Positions 21,654-32,226 of a DNA stretch of 64,000 bases are shown here, in pieces (positions within the stretch are counted from its first letter, which is position 1; each line of letters begins with the position of its first letter). A program made the translations under genes and the position numbers. Source of the stretch: an uncultured virus (IMG/VR IMGVR_UViG_3300046168_000066) (Duplodnaviria > Heunggongvirae > Uroviricota > Caudoviricetes); the IMG/VR virus record IMGVR_UViG_3300046168_000066; one strand, 5' to 3'. The notes beneath the pieces were generated by a model. The model saw only the letters and a program-made list of their open reading frames with translations. It did no database searches and was not told the DNA's origin.

Positions 21654-22328
21654 ATGATTGATCACGATTTAAAATGTATATTCATCCACATTCCACGAAC
21701 TGCTGGAAGTAGTTTAGCAACTGCAATAACGCAAAGAAAAAAAGACGGAGAACGATTTGAACACTCAAAAAGAGATCCAAAAGAATCCAAGAAAATTCAT
21801 TTTACTGTTCAGCAGGCAAAAAAGATGTTTGGAATGGACACTTGGAACGATTATCTGACGTTTTCATTTGTAAGAAACCCGTGGGACAGACTTGTATCTC
21901 AGTATCAGTGGAGAGCTAATAAAGGTGAACGTGATGTAGCAAAACGTGACTTCAAAGAATGGACGAAGTGGAGATGGGAAGGTTGGTTGAATTGGTTGGA
22001 AAATCCGAGTAAGGTAATTCGTGGAGTTCCACAACTAGGTCATCGTGATAAAGCAGTTGTTTTAACACACGCATTCAACGAAATTTACGATGAAAAAGAG
22101 AAAAATATTTTGGTGGACTGGATTGGCCGATACGAAAACCTGAGAGATGATCTTGAAACTTTGTGCGAAAAACTTGGTGTGGATAAGGACATCGTTCTTC
22201 CACACAAGCACAATGCAAAAGACAGACCCCATTACACAGATTTTTATGATGACGAGTGCATTGAAATTGTGCGTAAGTTCTACAAAAATGATATTGAAGT
22301 TCTTGGATACAAATATGGAGAGAACTAA
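21654..22328 (+). CDS. Sulfotransferase family 2 protein
   Basis: IFIHIPRTAGSS; FVRNPWDRLVSQY; WIGRYENL. Confidence 0.88.
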   Translation: MIDHDLKCIFIHIPRTAGSSLATAITQRKKDGERFEHSKRDPKESKKIHFTVQQAKKMFGMDTWNDYLTFSFVRNPWDRLVSQYQWRANKGERDVAKRDFKEWTKWRWEGWLNWLENPSKVIRGVPQLGHRDKAVVLTHAFNEIYDEKEKNILVDWIGRYENLRDDLETLCEKLGVDKDIVLPHKHNAKDRPHYTDFYDDECIEIVRKFYKNDIEVLGYKYGEN

Positions 22329-22867
22329 TGCTTTATTGTTCTCTTGGTTCGCAACCAGTCGTTGCTTCGGTACTTAAAGATTGTAACTTAAATACAAATT
22401 CAAATATCTTTGATAATGTTGGTGATTTATCATTTGATACATTAAAACTTTGCTTGACACAACAATTCAAGAATTTTTTTCCAACCGAAGATCAAATAAA
22501 AGTTTATGGTGGAGTAGTAAATATAATAAATAAAACTCCGTATACGATTGTAAAGGATGAACGAAACGGAACATTATTTTATGACGTGCTACCACTTGGA
22601 AAGAAACTAAGCACAATATACAACGGAGCAAAAACCAAGTATGAAAGACTTGCTTTGGACTTCACCAAAACAATTCAAAATACATCCTCGGCAATATTTA
22701 TACGTCAGATGATGGATGACAATGACACTGATACGATTGAGTTATCGGATACACTTAAATGGGTATATCCGAGTTGCAAGTTTTATATGAAGCATCAGTA
22801 CGCTGGAATACAACCAAGTAAGTGTTATGATTATTGGAAACATGAGTTATGCAAACAAGGTATGTAA
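22328..22867 (+). CDS. DUF1796-like protein (degenerate)
   Basis: SLGSQP...SNIFDN; K-Y-E-R-L and IFIR pattern; the expected Cys is absent. Confidence 0.4.
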   Translation: MLYCSLGSQPVVASVLKDCNLNTNSNIFDNVGDLSFDTLKLCLTQQFKNFFPTEDQIKVYGGVVNIINKTPYTIVKDERNGTLFYDVLPLGKKLSTIYNGAKTKYERLALDFTKTIQNTSSAIFIRQMMDDNDTDTIELSDTLKWVYPSCKFYMKHQYAGIQPSKCYDYWKHELCKQGM

Positions 22868-22870
22868 AAA

Positions 22871-23494
22871 ATGTATTCTCACAAAAATAAATCTATTTTT
22901 ATTCATATTCCAAAAACAGCTGGGTGGACACTTCATAATATATTAGAAAGATATGCAGATTTTCACTCTGCTGGTCATATCGGAAATTTTACAAGACGAG
23001 TTCCACAAATTAGTGTAAGACATTATCCATCAAAATTACTAAAAGAAAAATATTTGAATTCTTATTTCAAATTTTGTTTTGTAAGAAATCCGTATGATAT
23101 ACTTGTATCATCGTATAAGTGGTGGAAACGAGAACCAAAATCTGGAAGAAAACGAAAATTATATTTAGAAATATTAGATATGTCATTTAAGGAGTTTATA
23201 CTAAAACGAGCAGAGTTCATTAACGAAGTTAATACAGAAAAATTAGGTCAGCATTTTTGGATAACTAATACTGATGGAAATCTTTTAGTTGATTTTATAG
23301 GAAAATTTGAAAACTTACAGACAGACTTTGATATCATCTGTGATAAAATTGGAGTTTCTCGTCAAGAACTTCCCCACGAAAACAAAAGTGATCGAGAACA
23401 TTACAGTGAATACTATGATGACGAAACTCGTTCAATCGTTGCGGAACTTTATGCAAAAGACATTGAGTATTTTAATTACAAATTTGGAGATTAA
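22871..23494 (+). CDS. Sulfotransferase family 2 protein
   Basis: IFIHIPKTAG; FVRNPYD; conserved tail FIGKFENL...YFNYKFGD. Confidence 0.88.
   Translation: MYSHKNKSIFIHIPKTAGWTLHNILERYADFHSAGHIGNFTRRVPQISVRHYPSKLLKEKYLNSYFKFCFVRNPYDILVSSYKWWKREPKSGRKRKLYLEILDMSFKEFILKRAEFINEVNTEKLGQHFWITNTDGNLLVDFIGKFENLQTDFDIICDKIGVSRQELPHENKSDREHYSEYYDDETRSIVAELYAKDIEYFNYKFGD
23291..23494 (+). repeat. Sulfotransferase constant 3' repeat copy
   Basis: gattttataggaaaatttgaaaac...gcaaaagacattgagtattttaattacaaatttggaga. Confidence 0.8.
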
Positions 23495-23496
23495 AT

Positions 23497-24225
23497 ATGA
23501 AAATAGCATTATTAATATGTGGTCAAATTCGTGGAAATGTAAAAAAAACTTTTGCTAATCTAAATAAGCATTTAGTAAAAGCAAATGTAGATGTTTTTAT
23601 TTCGTCTTGGAAGCAATCATTAAATGACACAGTACGTGGGGTTGAACAAAGAACTAAACATACTAACTTATCAAATATCCAAAGTGATGTTTTTAAAAAT
23701 TATATAAATAATATAGTAGATATTTCGTTGTATGACAATATAGACTTAGTTGATGAATTTAATATGCATGAAAGTAGATACAAATCTACAGAAAAACACT
23801 CATCACACGGAATTTTGTACAATCAATTTTTAATTGAAAACGCAATTGATAAATTAAAAAAATACGAAGTTAAAAAAAATATCTCATATGATATAATTGT
23901 AAAAGTGAGACCGGATTTTGTGTTTAGAAAAGCAATAAATTATGAAATCGGAGAACACATTTATTTATCTAAAAATAAGACTAATAAATTTCAGGCCAGT
24001 GATAAATTTTTTTATAGTAACCGAGAATTATTTATTTATTATATAAATTGCTTACGAACTCAGATACAAAAAGTCTTGACTACTTCAATAGAAACTGATC
24101 AACCTGATATGCGTCAAAAACCTGTCGGAGAGAGGTTTTACAGACAGGTTTTAAATTACTACAAAATTTCAACCAAAGTAGTAGTAAGAGGTAGAATATC
24201 AAGAGAAAACCAAGGAAGTATCTGA
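23497..24225 (+). CDS. Putative glycosyltransferase (MKIAL..GQ.R family)
   Basis: MKIALLICGQIR, DVFISSW, YDIIVKVRPD, SDKFF. Confidence 0.6.
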   Translation: MKIALLICGQIRGNVKKTFANLNKHLVKANVDVFISSWKQSLNDTVRGVEQRTKHTNLSNIQSDVFKNYINNIVDISLYDNIDLVDEFNMHESRYKSTEKHSSHGILYNQFLIENAIDKLKKYEVKKNISYDIIVKVRPDFVFRKAINYEIGEHIYLSKNKTNKFQASDKFFYSNRELFIYYINCLRTQIQKVLTTSIETDQPDMRQKPVGERFYRQVLNYYKISTKVVVRGRISRENQGSI

Positions 24226-24959
24226 TGAAAAAATATAAAATATCATTTTGTACTTCTTGTACCAAAAGACTTCATCACATCAAGGAGACATTTCTTTCAA
24301 ATTTGAAAAATAATATTGATTATGAAGATGTTGAATTTGTATTGCTGAATTGGAATTCTCAAGACGGAATGGACGATTGGGTTCAACAAAATTTAGGTGA
24401 GTATATAAATGACGGTGTTGTAAAATATCTTCATACCAAACAAGCACCACACTTTGAAATGGCAAGAACAAAAAACGTAACTGCAAAAAACGCATCCGGT
24501 GAAATTGTATGTTGGGTTGATGGAGATAACTTTATTTCAGAAAATTATGCTGAATATCTAAATGAAAAGTTTAATGAAAATGAAAACATGATATTAAATA
24601 ATATTGTACGTGTCACAAAGAAACGTGAAGGAAAACCAAACTGGGGAAGAATTGCAATAATGAAAAAATATTTTATGGAAGTTCGTGGTTATGACGAAAC
24701 CTTTCAAGGTTGGGGGTGGGAAGAAAGAGATTTTAAAAGAAGAATTCAAAGTCATATTGGTTTAAGTGATGTAAAGTTTGATAAACACGATTCAAATTTC
24801 ATTGAACACGAATCTACATTTTATCGTCCAAAAAGAACAAATTTAAGAAATAAACGTCGTTCTGATGAAAATATGAATAATAAAAGATATGTGGTCAACC
24901 AGGATATTGATTTCGGATCAATTGAGGACTTGAAAATAGTGGGTGGGAGAAACTGGTAA
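24225..24959 (+). CDS. GT2 / GT7-C-terminal-type glycosyltransferase
   Basis: FEMARTKN, WVDGD, GYDETFQGWGWEERD. Confidence 0.78.
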   Translation: MKKYKISFCTSCTKRLHHIKETFLSNLKNNIDYEDVEFVLLNWNSQDGMDDWVQQNLGEYINDGVVKYLHTKQAPHFEMARTKNVTAKNASGEIVCWVDGDNFISENYAEYLNEKFNENENMILNNIVRVTKKREGKPNWGRIAIMKKYFMEVRGYDETFQGWGWEERDFKRRIQSHIGLSDVKFDKHDSNFIEHESTFYRPKRTNLRNKRRSDENMNNKRYVVNQDIDFGSIEDLKIVGGRNW

Positions 24960-25645
24960 TGAAATCACCATTTGATTTTTTTGATGAAATATATTGTATC
25001 AATCTTGAAAGAAGAACAGATAGATGGAAACAATGTAAGTCGGAATTTGATAAAATTGGAATAACTGACAAAGTAATTCAGTTCAAAGCATTTGATAACA
25101 AAGAAAATCCTAAGAAGGGTTGTTATGACAGTCATCTAAGTGTTATAAAACTAGCATATGAACGAAAACTTAAAAATGTATTGATATTCGAAGATGATGT
25201 AGCATTTCTTAAAAGATACGATGATAAAAAACTAAAAAGGGCAACTGATAGTCTTAATAAAACTGATTGGGAATTTTTTTATTTGGGAGGTCTTGAACGA
25301 AGAATGAACCCACGGCCAACATATAATCATTTAAGAAACAAATGGAGTGGAGAATACAATTCTGAATTTGATTATATAATGGAATGTAGAAAAGTTGGAT
25401 GGGCGCAATCGTTTGCGGTTAACTCCACTATTTTTGAAAGAGTGGCAACAGACTATGACAATAACATTTGGGATTTATTGGTGGAAAAACACGATAGTCA
25501 TCTTGACAGATATTATCAGGATGTTTTGAAACCAAAAACTTATGCGTGTGTGCCGACATTTACAACACAATATAATTCGGTAAGTGATTTATCAAGAACC
25601 CGTACAAATCGTGCATTGAGACTAAATCCAACTGATAATAAATAA
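24959..25645 (+). CDS. GT25 glycosyltransferase
   Basis: IYCINLERRTDRW, GCYDSH, VLIFEDD, FFYLGG. Confidence 0.85.
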   Translation: MKSPFDFFDEIYCINLERRTDRWKQCKSEFDKIGITDKVIQFKAFDNKENPKKGCYDSHLSVIKLAYERKLKNVLIFEDDVAFLKRYDDKKLKRATDSLNKTDWEFFYLGGLERRMNPRPTYNHLRNKWSGEYNSEFDYIMECRKVGWAQSFAVNSTIFERVATDYDNNIWDLLVEKHDSHLDRYYQDVLKPKTYACVPTFTTQYNSVSDLSRTRTNRALRLNPTDNK

Positions 25646-25653
25646 TTTATATT

Positions 25654-25662
25654 ATATTTATA
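25654..25662 (+). promoter_or_regulatory. ATATTTATA motif
   Basis: Upstream of 25686. Confidence 0.5.
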
Positions 25663-25685
25663 TTAAAACAAAAACGGAGATAAAA

Positions 25686-26312
25686 ATGGAATTTGATAAA
25701 AAGGTGATAGTAATTGGTGATTCGATTGCAAGACATTACTTTCCTTATACCAAGGAAGAACTTGTAAAATATGAAATTGAGGGAATAGAATCAGATAAAT
25801 GGGTTTCCTGTCAATGGAAGCAACTTAGATTTTTAGAAAGAGCATTTGCCGAGCGCAGACGGTATGGAGGTAGAAAAATTAAAGCAGATACAGTGCATTT
25901 TAATTTCGGTTTGCATAGTATTAAACTTCCTAACAAGGGCCACGATCCTGACCATCAACGTGCAACAGATGAAGACTTTGAAGTTTATGAACGAGAATTG
26001 CGTGAAGCAATTGAGGTCATCAGAGGATACACTGTCACACCACTATTTTCAAACACTACACCAAATCCAAAAAACGCAGGAATGAGAAAAGATGCTGATG
26101 TAGTGATACTCAATGAAATTGCAAAAAAAATTACTGATGAAATGAGTGTGCCGTTAAACGATTTATATTCTTTTGTAAAAGCACAAGAAGATTATTCACG
26201 TTTATACAAACACCCTCGTTCTGAAAATAATTGTCATTTTGAAGAACAAGGAAGAAAACTACTTGGTGAAAATGTTGCAAAATTTATTTACGAAAACGTA
26301 AAAAATGACTAA
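25686..26312 (+). CDS. SGNH/GDSL hydrolase-family protein (carbohydrate acetylesterase-like)
   Basis: IGDSI block I, FNFGLH block III, NCHF block V. Confidence 0.78.
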   Translation: MEFDKKVIVIGDSIARHYFPYTKEELVKYEIEGIESDKWVSCQWKQLRFLERAFAERRRYGGRKIKADTVHFNFGLHSIKLPNKGHDPDHQRATDEDFEVYERELREAIEVIRGYTVTPLFSNTTPNPKNAGMRKDADVVILNEIAKKITDEMSVPLNDLYSFVKAQEDYSRLYKHPRSENNCHFEEQGRKLLGENVAKFIYENVKND

Positions 26313-27630
26313 TCCATTTGATTTTTTTGAAAAAATTGTTTGTATTTGCAGTAAATCCGAAGATGCTCGAAAAAAAACTGCAAATTCTCAATTTAAAAAA
26401 ATTCATATTTCACATAGAATAAATTTTTTTGATGAAATTATTGATGTACACAAACTCAAAAAAAAATTTGGAAATGTAGATACCTGGAGTAAGACAGATT
26501 TTTGTCATTACGAAGTAATACGAATTGCAAAAGAAGAAGGTGTAAAAAACTTATTTATCTTTGAAAGTGATATTGAATTTTTAAATACAAATTTAGTTGA
26601 AATACAAAATACAATTGATTCATTAAAAGAGGTTGATTGGACATTATTTTATCTTGGGGGTGTACCTCACAATGCAATGAAAGTTCACAATGAACATTTA
26701 ATAAATTGCACAATGTGCCAGGCACACGCATATGCAGTCAACGGAAAATATTTTGATACTGTATTGAAAAAACTTAGAAAGGAAAAAGAAGCAATTGACC
26801 AAGTGTATAAAAAAGATCAAAAAAATTCTATTGGATGTCGTGCTTATTCTTCAACAAAAAATTTTGTGATTCAAAAATTAGATGAAGATTTACCACGTGC
26901 CGAACTTCCACATCGCAAATTAGTTTCGGAGTATCGTTGGAAACGTGTTATTGATCCGGTGGTGGATTTATATAAAAAGAACATTTCTTGGGTCGTGAGT
27001 TCGGTTGGAGATGACAAAAGAGCAAGAATGATTAAAAGTAATTTTATTGAGTCTTTGAAGAAACTAGAAATCCCAACAAGTTCTGGATATGTACACATTC
27101 AGAAATTAGAAGAAGAATATAAATTTCGTAAATTTAGAATGATCCGTGATCAATTACAACAAAATAAAAGTGTTTTATTTTGTGACACCAAAGTTATTTT
27201 TTTAAGAAATTGTTTAGATGATTTATTTAGAGAATTAAAATATTATGATATTATAGTACAACAAGACGGAGGATCATTAACGGATTTCAATTACATTCAA
27301 ACTATTCTAACTTCTGATTTTTGTTTAGTGCGTCCGTCTGAATTAACATTGGCATTATTTCACCCAAGAGGAGAAGGAAACCGTTTATTAAAATATGATC
27401 GGCACGATGTAAGTTTTTTCAACAACAAATTAAATTCTCATCCTAAATTTACCGAGAAATTAAAAATAAAAATTTTGTCAGATGACAAATATGTAATGTC
27501 CGATGATTTCGTAAATACAGGACTCGAAAAGATTGTGAATTATAATACAGAAGATAATCATTCATTAAAATTGCAAACTATTATTCAAAATATTAAAAAT
27601 CAAGGTCATTGGTTTATTGAAGATGAATAA
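26305..27630 (+). CDS. GT25-like + GT77-like two-domain glycosyltransferase
   Basis: N-terminal NPFDFF, IFESD, LFYLGG, QAHAYAVN; C-terminal VLFCDT, IVQQDG. Confidence 0.7.
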   Translation: MTNPFDFFEKIVCICSKSEDARKKTANSQFKKIHISHRINFFDEIIDVHKLKKKFGNVDTWSKTDFCHYEVIRIAKEEGVKNLFIFESDIEFLNTNLVEIQNTIDSLKEVDWTLFYLGGVPHNAMKVHNEHLINCTMCQAHAYAVNGKYFDTVLKKLRKEKEAIDQVYKKDQKNSIGCRAYSSTKNFVIQKLDEDLPRAELPHRKLVSEYRWKRVIDPVVDLYKKNISWVVSSVGDDKRARMIKSNFIESLKKLEIPTSSGYVHIQKLEEEYKFRKFRMIRDQLQQNKSVLFCDTKVIFLRNCLDDLFRELKYYDIIVQQDGGSLTDFNYIQTILTSDFCLVRPSELTLALFHPRGEGNRLLKYDRHDVSFFNNKLNSHPKFTEKLKIKILSDDKYVMSDDFVNTGLEKIVNYNTEDNHSLKLQTIIQNIKNQGHWFIEDE

Positions 27631-28339
27631 GCAAACTTTAATTGTAACATTTTGCAATTATGAGTATGTCAGAATTGCACTGAATTGGATAACTTGTCTT
27701 CAAAATGTAAATGTAAATTCTTATTTAATAATAGCAACAGATGAAGAGGCATTTGATACCTTGTCAAATGAAAAAGTGAATGTAATATATTCACCTGGAA
27801 AATTACCAAAAAGATCAGGAACTGGATGGAAGTGGAGGTTGCAATTTATATCAAATTTATTAAATTCTGGATTTAGTATTCTTCATTCTGATCTTGATGC
27901 TATTTGGTTAAAAAATCCACTTGATTTAATTGACAATGAATCTGATATAATTGCATCTATGGATCGTGGTGGGTGGCCACCTAAAACATTTGAAAAACTT
28001 GGATTTACAATGTGTATGGGTTGGATTTACTTTAAAAGTAATGATGATGTGAAAAATGCTTTGTCTGATATTATAGATGCTAAATCTTCGGATATTGATG
28101 ATCAACAAGAGTTTAATGATTACATATCTGATAAAGTGAACATTAACAATATTTATATTTCAGAGAATAACGAGAGATTTTTGATGAGTGATAATATTAA
28201 AGTAAGAGTTTTAAATGAAATGGATGTATTGCGAGGTGATTACAATTCAAATTCTTATGTGTGTCATCCTTTAATTAAAAAACAAGCAAACAAAGAAACT
28301 CAATTGAAAAAAAGGAAACTTTGGTTTTATGATAAGTAA
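27623..28339 (+). CDS. Nucleotide-diphospho-sugar transferase (GT77-like)
   Basis: IALNWI, ILHSDLDAIWLKNP, CMGWIY, DDQQEFN. Confidence 0.8.
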   Translation: MNKQTLIVTFCNYEYVRIALNWITCLQNVNVNSYLIIATDEEAFDTLSNEKVNVIYSPGKLPKRSGTGWKWRLQFISNLLNSGFSILHSDLDAIWLKNPLDLIDNESDIIASMDRGGWPPKTFEKLGFTMCMGWIYFKSNDDVKNALSDIIDAKSSDIDDQQEFNDYISDKVNINNIYISENNERFLMSDNIKVRVLNEMDVLRGDYNSNSYVCHPLIKKQANKETQLKKRKLWFYDK

Positions 28340-29762
28340 TGAAAAGCAAGCAATATTCATTCATATTCCTAAAACTGCCGGAACAAGTATTGAAAGTGCT
28401 TTAAGAAAACATACTTTTAAACCTCAGTATAATTCTTATTTTAACGGAAAAACTGCTACCCGTGGTTGGGATAAAAAGTATGACGAAGTTGAGTTAATAA
28501 GAGGTAACACCGAATTTTGGACACACAAACATCGTCCGGTTTATTTGGTAAAAGATGAATTTCAGAAATATTTTAAGTTTGCGTTTGTTAGAAATCCTTG
28601 GGATTTGATGGTTTCATCGTATCATTGGTGGACTCAAAAAAATGAAGATGCGTCTGAAATCAGAAAACGAACAAGTTTTAAATTACGTAAAGAAGGATTT
28701 GAATACTTTGTAAAATCTAAATTTGCACAATGTATAAACGAGTGTTTTCACGATCAAGAAGGTCAGCAACGATGGATAGCTGATTTCAAACAAAATGAAA
28801 TTGTAGATTTTGTTGGAAAATTTGAAAATTTACAATCTGATTTTGATAAAGTGTGTGAAAAATTAGAATTACCAAAAATTAAACTTCCTCACGAATTGAA
28901 AACCAATAGAAAACCATATTGGGAATATTATACAAAAGAAACAAAAGAAATAATTGAAAACATATATCGTTCTGATATTGAGAAATATAATTACAAATGG
29001 GAAGGTAAGAATCTTAATCCGAGGAGACGAAAACGTCCACGGAACGAACATCGTTTTGCAAATAATTCTAAAGAACTTTCATTGATTTCACGTGCATTGG
29101 ATTGCAAAACTTTAATTTGCATAAATTGTTGCGAAGTTGATCGTGATCATATACGCATTTTAAAGAATAGTGATTTCTATAATAGAATTTTAAATGATGA
29201 TGATATTAAAGTAATAGAATATTATCGTGGTAGTGATAAAATAAAATTCGGTGGAAAAGAACTTTATTTTCCGGGTGAAGAAAAGTACGATAAACTTCAC
29301 GAAAAAACTTATCAACTAATTGAATTTTGTGCAAAGTATTTTAATTTTTACAATTTGGTAAAACTCGATGGAAATTTTTTAAGTTATACATCAGTTGGAG
29401 AAAGAACCCGTGGTAAAATATGTGGACTTGATCGTGTTGAAAAAGTTATATACAAAAAACCAAATGTTCAATATTACGGAACAAATGGTAGAATGTTTTA
29501 CAGAAGAGATTTTCATGCTTGGATGAAGCAAAAGGGATTGGCAACTGATATGGACGATCCTGATTGGATGCACCGAGAACTTTGGTATTTTTGTGGAAAG
29601 TGTTACAGAATAAATTATGATGTCGCAAAATTTATAGAAAATAGTAAAGTGTGTAAAAAAATTGTTGAACAACACGATATTGAAAATTCATATGGTATGC
29701 GTCCATACTCAATTGAGGATGTTATGATTGGAAGAATGTACGAGGAGTATTTGAAGCAATGA
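28329..29762 (+). CDS. Sulfotransferase family 2 domain fused to a GT31/galactosyltransferase-like domain
   Basis: IFIHIPKTAGTS...FVRNPWD; C-terminal EKYDKLHEKT, LVKLDGN, GKCY, EDVMIG. Confidence 0.72.
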   Translation: MISNEKQAIFIHIPKTAGTSIESALRKHTFKPQYNSYFNGKTATRGWDKKYDEVELIRGNTEFWTHKHRPVYLVKDEFQKYFKFAFVRNPWDLMVSSYHWWTQKNEDASEIRKRTSFKLRKEGFEYFVKSKFAQCINECFHDQEGQQRWIADFKQNEIVDFVGKFENLQSDFDKVCEKLELPKIKLPHELKTNRKPYWEYYTKETKEIIENIYRSDIEKYNYKWEGKNLNPRRRKRPRNEHRFANNSKELSLISRALDCKTLICINCCEVDRDHIRILKNSDFYNRILNDDDIKVIEYYRGSDKIKFGGKELYFPGEEKYDKLHEKTYQLIEFCAKYFNFYNLVKLDGNFLSYTSVGERTRGKICGLDRVEKVIYKKPNVQYYGTNGRMFYRRDFHAWMKQKGLATDMDDPDWMHRELWYFCGKCYRINYDVAKFIENSKVCKKIVEQHDIENSYGMRPYSIEDVMIGRMYEEYLKQ

Positions 29763-30760
29763 AACAATACATAATAACAGAACGTGATGTTGGACTTGCA
29801 AGTTTATTCTTTCAGGTAATCAACGCATTAAATAGATGCGAGAAAGAAGAACTCGGAACACCAATTGTTTACTTTAAGAATCAATGTGTTTACTATAATT
29901 CTGAAGGTCATCAAAACAAGGACAATGTTTGGGAATATTATTTTCGACCTGTAAATGAAACTGCTGATACATTGATGATTTCTGATAAAAACAAATCGGA
30001 AATAGAAAATGCTTATCAAAACACAGAACCAAAGAAATTAAATAATAGTCGTTTCGTCAAATTAAGTGACGGAAACAAAATGTGTTGTCATTACGGAGAT
30101 AGAAAAATGGGACACACTATGATTGTTCCTCCACATTTGATTCCTGAGGTTTACGAAGATGGTCATCGTGAAAACGCAAATGCGATTATCAACAAATACT
30201 TCAAACTTAGAATGTATCTTAACAATAAAATTCATAACTTTTTCGCAGAAAATTTAGCAAACGCAAACAAAGTTCTTGGTGTTCATATTCGTGGAACAGA
30301 TGCACTTGTAAATAATGCGGAGAGATGGAGAAAGAGTTTTGATATTCAGAATTATATTAACTGCATACGAATATTTATAAACAGATATGGAGATGAAGGA
30401 AAAGTGTTTGTCGCAAGTGATGATGCGAAGTTGTTTAACATCGTTAAAAACGAATTTAATGATGCTATCGTTGAGTATGATACATTTCGTCAGGAAGAGC
30501 AGGATGTTGGCAAAAGTGGTGATAATACAAAGGGTGATGCTATGATGCCTACATATTTATGCGATGACGGAGCAAAAGCAGCTCAAAACGGAGAAGATGC
30601 AATTGCTGAAATGTATTTGTTGAGCAAGTGTAATTATTTGTTACATAACGCAAGTGGATTTGCTCATGTTGCTTTACTACTCAATTCAGAAATGAAACAC
30701 GTGGATAGTCAGAGACCGGGTGGGAAAGAGACTTTGGGTAAATTTGAGGAGATACTATAA
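29759..30760 (+). CDS. NodZ/GT23-like fucosyltransferase
   Basis: NVWEYYF, LGVHIRGTD, FVASDD, EMYLLSKC. Confidence 0.8.
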   Translation: MKQYIITERDVGLASLFFQVINALNRCEKEELGTPIVYFKNQCVYYNSEGHQNKDNVWEYYFRPVNETADTLMISDKNKSEIENAYQNTEPKKLNNSRFVKLSDGNKMCCHYGDRKMGHTMIVPPHLIPEVYEDGHRENANAIINKYFKLRMYLNNKIHNFFAENLANANKVLGVHIRGTDALVNNAERWRKSFDIQNYINCIRIFINRYGDEGKVFVASDDAKLFNIVKNEFNDAIVEYDTFRQEEQDVGKSGDNTKGDAMMPTYLCDDGAKAAQNGEDAIAEMYLLSKCNYLLHNASGFAHVALLLNSEMKHVDSQRPGGKETLGKFEEIL

Positions 30761-31464
30761 TGAAAAAAGGAATAGTATATTGTGCAAGTAATCAAGGATT
30801 TGCAGACGAGTGTGAAGTTTCTGCAAAACGGGTAAAACAACTTCATAATGATTTGCATATAACATTAGTTGCAGATGCTTCAATTGACAATTTGTCGGAT
30901 TGTTTTGATCATATTGTTAGATTTGATAAAAACTTTCTTGGTGTATTTCCACACGATAATTTCGAGAATCCACATGGAAGATTTAATCTTAAAATGTTTT
31001 CATACTTAGCATCTCCATACGAGCATACAATTTATTTGGATTCAGATACATATATGCTAAATGATGAACCATACTTATATGAATTATTTGATATCACATC
31101 TGAATATGACTTTGCAGCCTGTATAGAACCAATGGCAGATGATATGTTTCAACTCGGTGTATGCTCTTTTAAAGATAATTATGATTTTTTGATAAATTGG
31201 TTAAAAGTTCATGTTCAATATATAGAATCAGGATACAGCGATCAGTCATCGTTAAGGACCATTTTATCACCATCTGGAAATAATAATAAGTTTGATTTAA
31301 ATGCGAAAGTTTTGCACCACGAATGGAACTGGCGAGACAGAAAAATAAATGGTAGATTATCAGACACTAAAAATTTTTATGAAAAAGGATTGCATAAACA
31401 GGAAATAAAAATTTTACATAATAGATGGAGATTACTTAAAATGAAAATCTTTACGTCTCAATGA
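30760..31464 (+). CDS. GT8-like nucleotide-sugar transferase
   Basis: SPYEHTIYLDSDT, DQSSLR, ILH. Confidence 0.65.
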   Translation: MKKGIVYCASNQGFADECEVSAKRVKQLHNDLHITLVADASIDNLSDCFDHIVRFDKNFLGVFPHDNFENPHGRFNLKMFSYLASPYEHTIYLDSDTYMLNDEPYLYELFDITSEYDFAACIEPMADDMFQLGVCSFKDNYDFLINWLKVHVQYIESGYSDQSSLRTILSPSGNNNKFDLNAKVLHHEWNWRDRKINGRLSDTKNFYEKGLHKQEIKILHNRWRLLKMKIFTSQ

Positions 31465-31483
31465 TATTAAAGAAATTGATGTT

Positions 31484-32212
31484 ATGAATAAGAAAGAAGT
31501 CGAGATTCAACCATTTATCTTCAATTGGAGAAATCAGTTTGATAATGCAAAAAACACTTACGAGGATTTGTGTAAAATTTTCAATAAAGTAAATGTGATA
31601 AATAGCGATGAAAACAATCAAGTTTCTGGTTGGGAAAATGTTGGAAATGATTATTGGTTCGGTGGTCAATTCAAAAAAGCAATAGGAATGTTTACCGGTG
31701 ATATTTTAATGCATATTCAAGCAGATGCTTCGTACAATAATTGGGATGAGTTAATTGATGATGCAAAAAAATATTTTTCACAATATAAACTTGGTGTATA
31801 CGCACCGAATGTCGATTATACTTGGTGGAATTCAAACAAAGCAGATATAAATGATAAAAATAATATATTAGACCATACAAACCTAAAATTAGTTTGCAAT
31901 ACCGATTGCACTGTTTGGTTTATTCACAAAGAAGCATTAAGTGGGGTGGCAACTTACATAGAAAATATTTCTGAGGATCATCTTGGTGCGGGAATTGATA
32001 CTTTAATTATAGCAAATTCAATGTTAAAAAAACGACTTGTAATAAGAGACTACAATCATAAAATAAGTCATCCCGAGAGTACTGGATACAATACAAACAT
32101 AGCAACTAAAGAAAAGTGGGAATTAATTAACTCTGCTGAACGAGAACTTAGAAGAGTATCACGACTAATTGACCGTAGGGCAAATAATTTACTTTATCAG
32201 TATTACATTTAA
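31484..32212 (+). CDS. Putative GT-A fold glycosyltransferase
   Basis: HIQAD, GVYAP, GAGID, ISHP; assignment relies partly on context. Confidence 0.45.
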   Translation: MNKKEVEIQPFIFNWRNQFDNAKNTYEDLCKIFNKVNVINSDENNQVSGWENVGNDYWFGGQFKKAIGMFTGDILMHIQADASYNNWDELIDDAKKYFSQYKLGVYAPNVDYTWWNSNKADINDKNNILDHTNLKLVCNTDCTVWFIHKEALSGVATYIENISEDHLGAGIDTLIIANSMLKKRLVIRDYNHKISHPESTGYNTNIATKEKWELINSAERELRRVSRLIDRRANNLLYQYYI

Positions 32213-32226
32213 ATAAGTTTGATGAA